NCBI GenBank assembly: GCA_043228905.1
Contig: JBHGNT010000006.1
Span: 20,336,001 to 20,400,000, forward strand
From: Azolla caroliniana
Taxonomy: Eukaryota; Plantae; Polypodiophyta
DNA length: 64,000 nucleotides
Direction: 5' to 3'
Both the position numbers and the translations under genes were made by a program. This document shows positions 11,701-24,236 of the stretch, in pieces. Below the pieces are notes generated by a model, which searched no databases, was not told where the DNA came from, and was given only the letters and a program-made list of their open reading frames with translations. Numbering within the stretch: the first letter of the stretch is position 1; every line of letters begins with the position of its first letter.

Positions 11701-12105
11701 TGTCATGCTGGTCTGTTGGACCGAGCAGAACTGCTTTATACAGATATGAGCAAAAAGTATGGAATTACTCCAAGTATAGAACATCATACTTGCATGCTTA
11801 TGATACTTGGATCTGGAGGGCACTTCGAGAAGGCAATGGAAGTGATTAATGCAATGCCATCTTGTGATAATCTTCAAGTTTGGCTAGTATTATTAGGTGC
11901 TTGTCAAAAATGGGGAAATGTGAAGCTTGGGAAATCTGCATTTGATCAGGCAATAAGGCTAGATAAAACTTGCGGTGCAGCGTATGCCCTTATGGCTAAT
12001 ATCTTCGCAGCTTCTGGCATGCAAGAGGATGCACAAAAGGTTGAAGCAATGAGATTAAAGCATGTTGCGTCTTACAATAAGGAGGAAATATCACATGACT
12101 TGTGA
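8782..12105 (+). CDS. PLS-class pentatricopeptide repeat protein, E subclass (PPR-1), ~29 PPR motifs plus E1-E2
   Basis: Intronless 1107-aa ORF with repeating P (WNALISGY), L (TFICILKACG) and S (ALVDMYAKCG, 9 copies) motifs. Ends P2-L2-S2-E1(WLVLLGAC)-E2(AYALMANIF). True start uncertain. Confidence 0.95.
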   Translation: MKLEEIHILCPCSRLVSLRRMYIKASNCSGEIKEMHKIEISNGNREDSHFVAMLKACANKKDLHKGTLIHAEILRSGVLEKSPYVASSLISMYAKCGVLTKAQQVLEELPIRSVVCWNALISGYIQQGNGHSALKCFKRMHNEGVSPDVVTFICILKACGNTRSIDEGKQIHDEIVTRKLLKKHILLGTALVDMYAKCAMLVKAQDVLDELPERDAISWNALISGYVHKGQAQEALDCFQQMQREGLSPDNVTFICILKACGSMRSLEKGKQIHEMIVNRNFLSKDIILGTALVDMYAKCGMLATSQRVLESLHVRDIIAWNALIAGYAHQGLNHEALSCYEQMQTEGLSPNAITFLGILKACGGAKVIKTGKLIHEEIVKRNLLWKDIVLGTALVDMYAKCGMLAKAQQLLKELPIRDAVSYNALIAGYAEWGKFLEALNCFESMQNEGVSPDVVTFICILKVCGTTGSLEKGKQIHENIANRGLLNKDVGNALVDMYAKCGLLEKAQQVLWEFPVVDVVSCNSVILGYVQQGQDEEAMECYAWMRTMGLSPDSVTFTWLLKACESIGAIEKGKEIHEEIVSRGFLEKDIVLGTALVDMYARCGVLDKAQHVLEELPMRDTVTWNTLIAGYANQEQCHEALECFGRMQSEGLLPDVVTFLSILKACGSSGALDEGKRIHDVIVNKGFLKQDIVLGNALVDMYVKCGMLAKAQQVLNGIPVRDGVSWNTLIAGYAQQGQCYEALKCFEQMQKEGISPYAVTYTCILMACGSIGALNKGKQIHREIMMSRDLLEDIVLGNALVDMYVKCGMLSTAQEVLEELPNRNIVSWSALIAGYAQHGQGHEALDCFERMKSEGIHANVVTFICVLNACGCAGAIDMGKQIHEEIVIQGLLEKDIVLGNALVDMYAKCSMLAKAQQVLEELPIRNIISWNALISGYAEEGEGNEALNCFEKMQNEGISPNEITLLSVLSACCHAGLLDRAELLYTDMSKKYGITPSIEHHTCMLMILGSGGHFEKAMEVINAMPSCDNLQVWLVLLGACQKWGNVKLGKSAFDQAIRLDKTCGAAYALMANIFAASGMQEDAQKVEAMRLKHVASYNKEEISHDL

Positions 12106-13678
12106 ATGAAAATGTTGATGCATATTTAACACTGTAAAGATTGAATTACAAATTTTGACACATTTTTAACTTTGCAGTGATAAGATGCACAAGTTAAAAA
12201 TTGTTGCTGATCATTTGGGTATCATGATGAGTTGCATTAACTGGGATTATTGTGACACATAACTTTCTAAACAAAGATGGATTGTTTAAAGCTTTGCATA
12301 AAAGGCCCCTAGGTTCTATAAAGATGAGACGTAAATGCACATTTGCCAATCATGACAAGTTGCATTACCTTGGCATCATTGTCAGTCATCACCTTTAGAC
12401 TATTTTGTGCTGGAATGAATAGAATGCCAACAGAATGTAAATTTGAACAGCCATTGATGGCAATGAGGCCTTGTGTTTTTTGCGTGTATGACATCCGGGT
12501 GATATGTATTTGCATGCATGTACTGCTTTACTTTTCTACTAAAAGCAATGCATACATGGTAGGGGTCTCTCACACACACCTCCATAAAACCCTATATATG
12601 TCTGACATTGTAAATTTACCTCCCTCCAACATTTATTTGAGCTCAAAAGACAATAACAAGAGAGTTTCCCCCAACCTATATGGTGTATCTCAATAAGATT
12701 AGTGGGCATAGCACTTGTACTAGTAGTATTAGCTAAGATTTTAAGCAATATGCAAAATATTTGACATACGATCATTAATGATTGGTATGCTTCACACAAC
12801 TTTTAGTTGATTTCTACGCAACTCTTAAATATGGGGGAAAAGTTTGGTCGCCTAACGGTGTAGGGTCTTACCACAACACCAACATTTGACATGAACTTGG
12901 TTGGTTATGCAAAGAATGGCAAGTATGTATTCACATAACTTTTGGATGAGATGCTCTTACACCACACCTAACATATGTGTACGGCAATAGTTTCATAGAT
13001 AATTGGGAATTGACTATGAGGGGTTCAAACTAGAAAATCATTTGGGGAAAAACTTCTAGCACCATACATGAGTGACATATGATAATGAGCTTTAAAATGC
13101 CATAATTGGAATGACGGACTAGGCACTCGAAAAATGTGAAGTACTTCGATCATGATCAATATACATGTAATGAAGGTCTTGGATGATGGGTGTCATGGAG
13201 GAGGCAACCTTTGAGAGAGGGTGTAGTATCCGTGTTTCATAGAATGCTAGACAACTACAGATTTTGCACCACATCGGTATGGGTTTCTGTTTGGGCGCCA
13301 GGTTTGAACTAGATGCTAACGAGAATCCATCCCCGGTTGGGCACAGGAATTAGAACCCAGTTCAGGCAAAACCCCGAATGTGCACTCATGAAGTCGGGAA
13401 CAACTCCCGACGAAGTCTTGAGATGTATTGCATGCCATTAGAAAGAAGCGAGAAACAAGAGGAAACTTGAGAAAAGTTGTTGCCATACATACATATACTA
13501 TTATACATACACATATACATATACTATGATACATATATGATATACTGTATACATATACATATACATAGATAGTCTATTAGATAAAATTGGGGCCTACTTT
13601 TGTAATTGTGTGTAAAGTATCAGGCTGCCTGATGAGGTTTCAGTGACAGAGGAGGAAGACAGAAAGAAGAAAGAAGGT

Positions 13679-16600
13679 ATGGCCGTGGCTACACGTTACT
13701 GCAGCGTGAGGAGCTACTCTCCAGCCATGGCTATGGCCATAGCCCCTCGTTTCTCAAAACCCCACTTTTCCTCTTCCTCCTTCTCATGGTCTCATTCTCT
13801 CATCCACTCTCACCACGCCACCGTTGCACTTCATGTATTCAAGCTTTTCTCCACCTCTTCCAAAGTTAGCATGAGCTTGAAGACAGGAATTGTTGGCTTG
13901 CCTAATGTTGGGAAATCGACTCTTTTCAATGCATTGGTACATATCTTCCTCGTTTCTTATTCTTATTCTTTGGAAAGGCCCTATTTCGTTTAGTAAGAAT
14001 TGCAAGAACTTTGATTTGGACACATTGTAAATGTTGTTGGTATATATACTATTGACCCTGGGCTAGATCAGGAAGGCAGCATTTTGTGGAGCTTCGAAAT
14101 ATGTACTGATGAAGATGCAAATGTTTTATTGTATATTCATGTTATATGTGCTAGAAAGTACACAGTGGAATGGGCGAGGAGAGAAGTTAGAGAATATAAG
14201 AGATAGAATGGATATGATCAGCTAATCAATATCATAACTCTACAAAACATCACAGGCTCAACTATGTGTAGATAAGACGAAGTGGGGTCCAAATTGTGTC
14301 TTGCTTATGATGCATACATCATATATGGATGCTTTCACATTATGGCTGCTTTGTTCTTGAGATAGGCCTTTCCTAGCGTTTGCGAATCCAGACTTTTCAA
14401 TGCCATGGAATATCTCCTTTCAGTGTCTCTCTTTCTCTTTCTTTTTCTTTTTATTGGGAAAAGAAGATTTTGTTCACCATCACTTTGAAGTACAATTGTA
14501 AATGCTATTTGTTGGAAAATATGAGACGATAAAATGATTAGTGAACTTTGATCATGTTGTAATGATAGGGTCCAATGACAATAGTAATAACATTGAATGT
14601 TGAACTGGGCTTTCAAGGTTTCACGTGACTGTTATATAGTGATCAGTAAGTTTCAATCACACTGCACCATGGCTTAGTCACAAAAGAAAAGGCATGATGG
14701 CAATGTTAATACTCATCAAATATTATTCGTAGGCTAGAACTTTGAAGTGCAGGTGTAATTGTCGTTGAAAAATATGAGACGATGAAGCTGTTAGCGAGCT
14801 TCTACCATATTGCAAGCTGGTTGTATCATATGAGGCAGGAAATAATAGTAATACTCACCAAATATTGTTTACCGAGCAGTTAGAGGACTTTGGAGTGCAC
14901 ACATAACTATGACAATATAATTATGTGATTAGTGACCTTTAATTAAAACTACATAATCATAAGAGGTATGGTGCAATGATAATAACAATGCTCATTGGAT
15001 GAGGTGGGTGCACAACTGATTACGTGCTAGATCATTGAGCAAGTACAATGGAAAACGTAGATTATTATGGCATTGCTAATCTCGACAAATTGATCCTCTT
15101 CATACCCTGTTTTCTTGTTTCTCGTTTTTCTTATCCCTTTAGAAAGGAACTGTGGTTTAAGAGAATTTTGATGTGTGAATGTAATGGCTGGTTGGACAGG
15201 TTTATGTCTTTTTTGAGTGCGTCAGACATTTTGAACATTTGTAAAGAGATAGTTTTTCTTGGAATCATTGCTTTGAGCCAGAAGTTTATTCCAGATAGAA
15301 TATTTATGAAAAATGCCATTTTGGAACAATTTCATTCTGATCAGGTTGAAAATGGGAAGGCTCAAGCAGCAAATTTTCCATTTTGCACAATTGAGCCCAA
15401 TGTTGGAATTGTAGCTGTGCCCGATCCACGGTTAGATGTACTTTCTCAGCTAAGCAAATCACAACGCTCAGTTCCAGCTAGTGTAGAGTTTGTTGATATT
15501 GCTGGGCTTGTTAAAGGGGCAAGTCAAGGAGAGGTAACATACATGACGAAAAATTGAAAAAAATATGTTTGTTGACTGCTGTTGATAATATCAGTAAACT
15601 CTGTTGTATTTTTATAGGGATTGGGCAACAAATTTCTTTCACATATTCGAGAAGTTGATTCGATTGTCCAGGTTTCTAAACTTGTTTCTGAAGCTAGTAT
15701 TTAAAAAATATGGTGTCAAATGTGTATGCGCCCTTCAGAGTAACTGCTAACCAACTACTTTTAAGGTTTTCTAAATCTTTTTCATGTAGCTATCATTTAA
15801 AAAAATTTGATGTTAAATTGTTTGTGCTCCCTAAAGTGTAGTCTGGAAGAATCAATTTTCCTGGGCATTGAATTTTCTATGAAAATAAACACGACTCGTG
15901 TTTTGCATGGACTATTTATTACTTAGTTTAATTTCAGGGGTTGCCACCAAGCATCACTTATCAAACTCATAGTGTAGAAATTGAATGAAGCTATTAGAAA
16001 GAAGAACTATTTAACTTGGGCCTTTGTATATAATTGATTAGTTCCACTCTAGTTGGGGTTCCAGAGTGACGTGATAGTATTATAAAAGGTAATGTGCATG
16101 CACACATTTACATTTTCTTGTTTGGTGTGAACAAGTGCCAACTACCCTCACTCATGCGATCAACAGAAAGGGGCTTGACACATTGAGCTGTATCTGTATC
16201 TGCTTGCTTAGGAGTACATGAGCTAAACCTCACGTTGTATCAAACCCTTGGTTTTAATCATGCTTCAATCCTCTACTAATAATATACAGCTTTTTGTTTC
16301 CTCCACTGCGTTCTCTGTGTTAAGCATCTTTTCTGCTGAATCTAATAGATCAGAATATTAATGATATTTAATAGAACATTGTTCTCTTACAACAACAGTA
16401 GGTGCATGTGCATACACTTTATGGGTTGAGGATACGATTTCTAACTTGAATCTACTTCCATTATTAATCCAGAGTGAACAATGGAATGGATGGGGATGGA
16501 ATAAATATTAGAGTAGATAAGACGAGAAAGTTTCACTATAGGACGTTAAAACTACATGGCCAATGCAAGTGCATTTGAGGATAGTTATGTTCTATTCTTA

Positions 16601-19600
16601 TATCCACAAACTGCAGGGCCTTGTAATCATCTTGATGATTTCATTTCAGAAATTCTTGAATAATTTTGTATACCAAATATAGTAGAAAAAGTACTGGTTA
16701 TCTACAAAAAAGTTGATAACTTGCGCTCAATCTTGTATTATTGAGGATTCTACTCAACATATAATTGCTATTTTAGCTAGGGAAGCCATTGTAGTAGCAA
16801 AACATGCACATTCTGCTCATAGCTTCCTCATCTGCACATGAATGCTTGTATAATGTTTGCCATATTCAATCTTGTTGATAGAAATCCATATTAGGCATAC
16901 CAAAACTAGACCCTGTAGCAGTAGCAGCAGCAGCTGAGTGTTAGAATCAGTATTCAGAAATTCAACAATTTGATTTTGAATGCAACGTATGAAGTCACAA
17001 GGCTGTACCCCTTGCTCTGTGGGAGATGTGTCAATGGCTGCAGAGCTGAATGCTGTAACATATTATGTCACAAGGGTGTACCTCTCGTTCGGTAGGAGAT
17101 GTCCCCTGTGTCAATGGCTGCAGAGCTGACGTGATAACTGCAATTTTTGGCTTAGACGCACTTACTAGTAGTACTAATTAAAATAACATGAATTAATCCT
17201 ATTCTAATTTGAAGCATCATGCGTTATTGATCCGAATTTCCATCTTCATACACAGGTTGTTCGCTGTTTTGAAGACGATGACATAATACATGTAAATGGA
17301 AAAGTGGATCCTGAAGCTGACATTGATGTCATCAACTTGGAGCTCATCTTTGCTGATATTGCTCAGGTAAGTGCTCGTCCATGGAGTGAGATACTGTATT
17401 TTTGTAGTTACACTGATTATTGATCACATTCAAGTTTAGGGTTTACAGTTTGTTGATGTTGTTTGGAGTGCAACTATGGGAGCAAGTAAGCTTTTAGTTA
17501 AAATGTAAAGAGAGAGAAGAAGGATGAAATAAGAGAAGAAAAAGTAGTAAGAAGAGTAAACAAGTAGAGATGAAGGTTAAACGAGAAAACTTGTACTGAA
17601 GGATTAAGAAGGATGGTAGTCCAAACTAGACGAGCTCTTTAATGGAACTAACTTCTCAATTGAAAATGCAACTCATTATAAATGAGAGATCCTTGTTATA
17701 CTTTGTCCTTAATCATATTATCCCCTGTTTAGATTGTTGGGCACTAAAAAGTAGCAGTCTTTCCTTATTGTAAAGATGTGGCTCCAAACTTTTAGGTGAG
17801 CGTCATAGAGCATGCTATAATGGTGGTCATTATAGAATATGTCTATCATTATGTAACAATGATTGTTATTGATTTATCTAATGCTAGTTTTTTATATTCA
17901 ATAGGAGATACCCTAGTCATGAGTATTTGCTCAGGGGGGAAAGTAATTTTTCTGGCATCTATGGATGCCTCTTCTTATTTTATATTGAGGAACAGCAAAG
18001 TCAATGGCGCATGCAGGACGAACTCATTTAGTATAAATGACTCATAAATGACACTTTCTGTTGCATCTGATGCACAAGTGTGGACCATTTCTTTGAACGA
18101 GGAATTCCAACCAGCCATTGAATGTTTTCAAAAAGCTCTAAGATGATACTATTATCTCTTGCTCACATCATTGCACCCTCTTCATCCAAAGGCACATTTC
18201 ATTCAAGGAGAAATCCAACATTGCATCATACATGGAAGCTTTTACAAAGGGTACCTCAAGGTAAGGCATCTCCTCTATAATCAACTTTGAACCAGAGGAT
18301 ATCTCTAGTCTTTCCTAGAGACATGTTTCAACAAAGTATCCAAGAAAAGTCAGCAAGAATTCCTCAAGAAGCCTGCTAATTGAATCAGCAATAAACATCT
18401 ATAAATACTTGTGCTTAAAGAAACTCTAGTTCGCTAAACAAATAAGCTGTAAAAGATGTTCCCGTTACACAAACTTCATAAAGAGTATGCGGACTTACAA
18501 AACATATCCCAAAACCTATGATACGTTGGAAATTTCCTAAAAAACTACTTTCGTTTTTAGCTGAATTGCAATTATTTAAACTCTAGATTTTCTCTTTCAT
18601 AGATACAAATTTTTGTGCACATCTCATAAGAAAAACGCAATCACATATAAGACACTTCTTTTTTTATGATAATGAGACTTCATTACAGTACTTTATTCTT
18701 CTCCCTCACGAGTAAGTAATTATGACAAGGATATCTCCAATTAGTATCATTAGAGAGCTCTATAATGTCAGTCATCTTTATATAATCATAGACATATTCT
18801 ATAATAACTATCATTATAGCATTTTCTATGATAGTTACCTAAAACTTTTTGGGTCACATCTTTACGATAGGGAAAGCCCACCACGTTTTGGCACCCAACA
18901 TCTGAATAAGGGACAATAAGAATATGAACATAACACAACAAGGTATCTCCTATACAATGTGTTGAATTTTCAATTGAGAAGTTAGTTCCACTAAAGAGAT
19001 CATTTAGATGGACTCTAGTCTGGATTACATTGCTTCTTAATTCTGAATTAATATGAAATATTCTTATTTAACTTCTTCTCCCCTCATTTTACTCTTCTTA
19101 CTATTTTTTCTTCTCGTGTCACCCTTACCGCTTCTTTACGAGTTAACTAAAAGCTTTCTCTCTTGGTAACATATTGTTTTCTAGGTTAGGCATGAAGTAG
19201 GCCATAGCAGCCTTTCTCCCAAAAATAGGCATGTAATTTGTCCACTTGTTTGAACATTGAGGCAACCTCAATACATGTTAGAATTGAGGTCATAACATAC
19301 CCACAATTCACATAAAGGGAATGGCAGCGATGCCTGTTTTCGTCATATCAGATATTTTTTGGACTCTTGAGGATGCTAATACATAATCGTCATTAGCATC
19401 ATATAAGTAGGCTCTTAGGATTCTTTATGATTTCATTCACTTTATCCATATCTTTAATATGGTCTTTAATTTCTGGATTCTCTCTCTAGAATATTTTGAT
19501 CTTGAAAAATTGCAGCTCTCAGCCTTTTTATCTTTTGGCTTATGCTTGGTTATGTGTTACATGATTTGTTTTATTGTCAAAAACAAAGCTCGTTTTATTC

Positions 19601-21952
19601 TTTCTGTTATTCGAAGCACACAGATAGATAAAAGAATGGAGAGAATAAAAAAGACAAGAGCGAAAAATCCCCAGGACAAAGCAAAGGTTTGAGGAAACTC
19701 CAATGCTTACCTTACACTTATTAAGCATGGTCTTTTAATTTTTGACAATCGTTTTAAGTGTGAAACAGGAAGAGATGGAGATATTAACACTCACAAACAT
19801 AAATAATGCCCTATTAGAAGGAAAACCAGCTCGGTCTGTGCCATTGACCGATGAAGAAACAAAACTTGTGCAGCAACTTTGCTTGCTGACAATGAAACCT
19901 GTGATATTTGCAGCCAATGTTGCAGAAGGTGATCTGGCTGACCCCTCTAAGAACAATCATGTAGAGAGAGTTCTCAAGCTGGCTAGTGAGATGGGGTCTG
20001 AGGTGGTACTAGTGTCTGCACAGGTAATGGTTACTACTACTGCTAAATTAGTTTGGAGTCATTGAGTTTCTACACCTGTCTGTAGATAATTCCTGGTTGA
20101 AACTTAATCTAAATTTTTTTTGCAGGTAGAAGCTGAACTAACAGAACTAGATCCAAGTGAGAGATTAGACTATCTGAAATCCTTGGGTATTCCTGAGGGT
20201 GGTTTAGGTTCGTTGGTACGGTCAACATACAATCTTTTGGGTTTAAGGACATACTTTACTAGTGGTGAAAAGGTACCATCACATTTTCTTGTAAACATCT
20301 GTTTATAGCCAGCCATATTAGAGAAACTTTTTCTTTTCACGTAATTGAGGTTAGATACAATTTATGGCAATTGAATGTGGGGTGGGGTGGGAATTATATT
20401 CTTGTATTTAGCTTCGGTATTCTGATTTTTAAATTTTGCTCCAGGAATCAAAAGCATGGACTATCCGAGCAGGTATGTTTATACTATTGATTGCACATTT
20501 TGATGGGTTTTTAATATTAAGCAAAACACCTTATTGCTGGTTCAGGAATGACAGCACCCCAGGCTGCAGGTGTTATTCACTCAGATTTTGAAAGAGGTTT
20601 CATTCGGGCTGAGACAGTAAGGCCTTTCTTAACACCATCTCTTTTCCTTCATGTTATATTCTACATCACACACCCGCTGTGATTGTCTTCATATTGAGTA
20701 CCACTGCAGTTTTCCCATTTGCTTACTATATTACTTTGTAGTTCTGCTTTCAGCTAACTGAGCTTTTCCTGTGCATGGACAAGCATAATTATAATACTTA
20801 CGGTTTCTATACTGTGTAGACCACTTTTTCCTCTTTAGAGGCTTTAGTATAATCGTTCTTCCTTCCTTTTCATGCATTTAGCCCAACATCAGTTTTTCAT
20901 CCTTTTTAGCTTTGCTGTAGGCCACATTTGCTTTTCATCTAAAGTCAAATGATTGATTGTATGTACCATTTTGGTCTCATTGGCCACACTGCCGTTTATA
21001 TGTATTTAACTTAAGATTGTTCTCTCATACATGTTTTCAGCTAGCCATCAGTTTTCATACACTGCACTTCTTTTTCATTCATTTAAGTTAAGATTGTTCT
21101 CTCATACATGTTTTCAGCTAGACATTACTTTTCATAGTTCCTTCCTTTTCATGCGTTTAAGTTGAGATTGTTCTCTCATGCATGTTTTCAGCTAGACATC
21201 AGTTTTCCACCTTTTTAACTTTGCTGTAGGCTACATTTGATTTTCACCTGAAAGCAAATGATTGATTGTGTGTACCATTTTGGTCTCATAGGCCACACCC
21301 CCCTTTATGAGACTGATATTCATTTATTTCTCTATTCAATACCCCATATGTGATCAATAATAACCCAAGACAGTTGAGGAATGGAGTATACTCACAAGAA
21401 ATTATTCAGTTCTAGCAGCGACCTAATAAACTTTACCATTCTAGGGTCTTTACAATGGCAATATAATCCCCCAACAGTCTACTGGATGTTTGTGTGCTCT
21501 GTCGTAGCAGTCTAGTAGGCATACATATTGTTTTTGTAAATACTTACAGCTCTTTGTAAATGTATTAGAGATAGGCAGGCATTGTGCATCTTATGGTTTC
21601 TTGTATGTTACAGTAACTAGGCCATGATTTTTTTGTATATATTTTAAAGTTTTTATACAGAAATATAGTTTGTTTAACATGAGTGATTATAAATGTATGT
21701 ATTCCTGATGCTATATTCGGCACATCTGCAGGTTGCATATAATGACTTTGTTGCCGCGGGTTCCCTTGCAGCTGCTCGAGAAAAGGGATTGGTAATTGAA
21801 AGCCATGAAAAATGTTCTTTCTTGCTAGTATTTTGTATCTAGTAAAATCTGATTTCCTGTCAATTCTAATGCATATTTGCCAGCTGAGGTCTGAAGGAAA
21901 AGAATATGTGGTACAAGAAGGAGATGTCATGCTCTTCCGATTCAACGTGTAA
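13679..21952 (+). CDS. YchF: YchF/OLA1 (EngD) Obg-family ribosome-binding ATPase, probably plastid/organelle-targeted; 11 exons, ~434 aa
   Basis: Exons: 13679-13936, 15345-15533, 15618-15671, 17256-17366, 19624-19686, 19769-20023, 20126-20272, 20445-20472, 20546-20616, 21732-21791, 21884-21952. All introns are GT-AG; exons sum to 1305 nt in frame. Motifs [79 protein letters not shown]. Ser-rich N-terminal extension resembles a transit peptide. Confidence 0.95.
17470..19175. mobile_element. Long inverted-repeat (foldback/MULE-like) element in YchF intron 4
   Basis: ~450-bp diverged arms at ~17470-17930 and ~18710-19175. Examples: TGGAACTAACTTCTCAATTGAAAAT vs ATTTTCAATTGAGAAGTTAGTTCCA; AAGCTTTTAGTTAA vs TTAACTAAAAGCTT; TTATAGAATATGTCTAT vs ATAGACATATTCTATAA. 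Confidence 0.65.
20855..21300. repeat. Compound tandem duplication in YchF intron 9
   Basis: Two copies of ...CAAATGATTGATTGT.TGTACCATTTTGGTCTCAT.GGCCACAC and three copies of AGATTGTTCTCTCAT.CATGTTTTCAGCTAG. Confidence 0.85.
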
Positions 21953-24236
21953 GATGAGCAGGCAGATCTGTTCTGCTTTACAGTTTTGACGATAACTCAT
22001 ATCCGAAGCTTCATCAAGCCTCAATTAATTTTCAGTCATTGCCAACATTCTGTATATATATTGAGGTTTAATCCATTTAGTTTGTGCTGAGCACATGATA
22101 CTTACAATATTTTAGAGACCTGCAAGAAGTAAATCACATGCATATAATTTATTAAATAAGCCCAGGTGAATGATGAATTCGTGCAGTTTTTCCAATTTCC
22201 TTCTTCTTTTCGGTCTGCTGGACGAATGATACTTCACAATATCTTAGAGACCTGCAAATTAGTGGTACATTACATACATATAATTTTAGGTGAATGATGA
22301 ATTCGTGCAGTTTATTCAATTTTCTGTCCTTGTTGCACTTGCACGCAATACAGAATTCCAATGCAACTAGGTACATCTCTCACGTGATAGTCATGAACCA
22401 GTTTTCAGTGATATTTGTCTTCTTGGTACTGCAAAGAGGAGATTTTCTATGACCCTATTCAAAGAAGACATTCCCATGTCCATTTGCAAATAATATACTG
22501 TCCATCTCAATGTGTATGCCAAGAAAACACTTCTGATATTCATTTAATCTACTTTTATTGTCACGCTCTACTCAAGATTTGTCATATTTTATTGGAGCAA
22601 TCAAATATGGAAGGCATTGAAAATATCTTAGAAATTTAGTGACATTTACCGTTTTGTTCTTGAAGTAACATGATTTCACAGCAATTCTTTAGTCTATAGA
22701 AGTTTAGCATTGGGTGTAACACATGCTACCATTGCTGCAATCAATTTTTACTTAAATAGCAAGATATATCCTGGAACCAAGAGCATAGTATGATTTTGCA
22801 AATAAAAATCAGAGAGGCACCACACATGGGATATATTAATAAAGTTTTCATTGGGACACAATAAGGTATAGGATGGTTTTAAAGAATTGTTTGTATTTGC
22901 ATTCAAGGGCACCACAGATGGAATCTAAATTAGGTGGGAAAACATCAAGAAATTTATCTTTCAAAAGAGTTTTGAGACTCATTGAAGCATCTATGGCATG
23001 TCATGACTAGGTAAGTAATAAAATACGAACTTATATACTTTCTTGCAATCTTGTGCATGTATTATAGTGTTAAAGAAATTCTCCAATTAGATTAGAAAAC
23101 TAATGTAACCCTTCAATTGTGTAATTTAAAGTTGTGGCTAGCAGGGAAATATAAGCATTAACATTACTCGATTCAAAGATAAATTGGTGAGTGTGCGTCG
23201 ATTCGAGAGCCTCAGAAACAGCAAATGTTAATAGCATATATACAAGGAGAGGCTGGAAATGTCGCATTCTGGTCAGATACCAATGGCAGCTGTCTGATTC
23301 CTATACACTAAATCTGTATAGAATATGAAAAGCTTTTCCAACGGATTTTGTTGATGCTTAAACATTACTATCAACTGTATCCACCCACACTCCCTTCTAA
23401 ATAACTCGTTAATTTGAGCCTGGCAACATCTTAGAATTTGTAAGAACAGAGAGTTGAACTCTGATCATTGCCTTATTGGCCAGCCTATTCCAAATTCCCT
23501 GTCGAAAGAAGAATCACAACCTCCACCTAAAGAAAATATATATAGGTATAATACTGAATTTTGTCAGCAGGAAGTGGATCATCATGGTACATCATGAGCT
23601 TGGATGATTCTTGGGTATCTATACCACTTTCTGAAGAAACTCCTTTTAAATCAATGTAATGGTAATGTAGTTTGCATTTCTTTGAGGTTGAGTTTGCAAC
23701 TAGAATGGTGATTGATTATGTTTAAATAGAATTTGACTGTGTTATTAACCTAAAGAAATGGTTTGCCCTCCTCCACCCACGTCACTTGCTGATATGGGGT
23801 ACAATGTTCTGGAAACCATGGGATGCAAATTTTCAAGTAAAAATCAAGAATGCACAGATAAATAATAGACGTCTTTGATGACTAGAGATGGATGAAGTTT
23901 GGGATCTTGATTGAGGAGCTTGGCTTTGATAGCCAGTATTTTGTGCAATTAATGATTATGAGCATGCTTAATTGCTTTTTAGTGAGGTCGCTCACGATGC
24001 CCGCTTTAAAGAAAACAGAACAGTGGGAAGAGAGATGCCTTGTATATTTAAACATATTGAGTCTCGCAACCATTGTATTTTACTTGAGTATTATTGGAAC
24101 TAGATACAAAAACAATTCTTGTTTTATAGATTCTCATGAGCGATACTTTATTGTAAGATCTGTGTTGACGGGCTGGGGGTTCATGGTTATTTGGTTCATG
24201 AAGAGAAAAGGAGGATAGGAATGTTGATATCAATAA

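Noticed and set aside
12750-13420. Possible decayed TE or gene fragment upstream of YchF
   Set aside because: No motif could be identified with confidence.
22160-22325. Duplicated ATGATGA motif as a C/D-box snoRNA pair
   Set aside because: No matching D box with terminal stem or recognisable rRNA guide; explained by a local duplication.
23892-24218. 108-aa hydrophobic ORF upstream of PPR-2 as its N-terminus
   Set aside because: Separated from PPR-2 by two in-frame stops, no recognisable domain, AT-rich composition.
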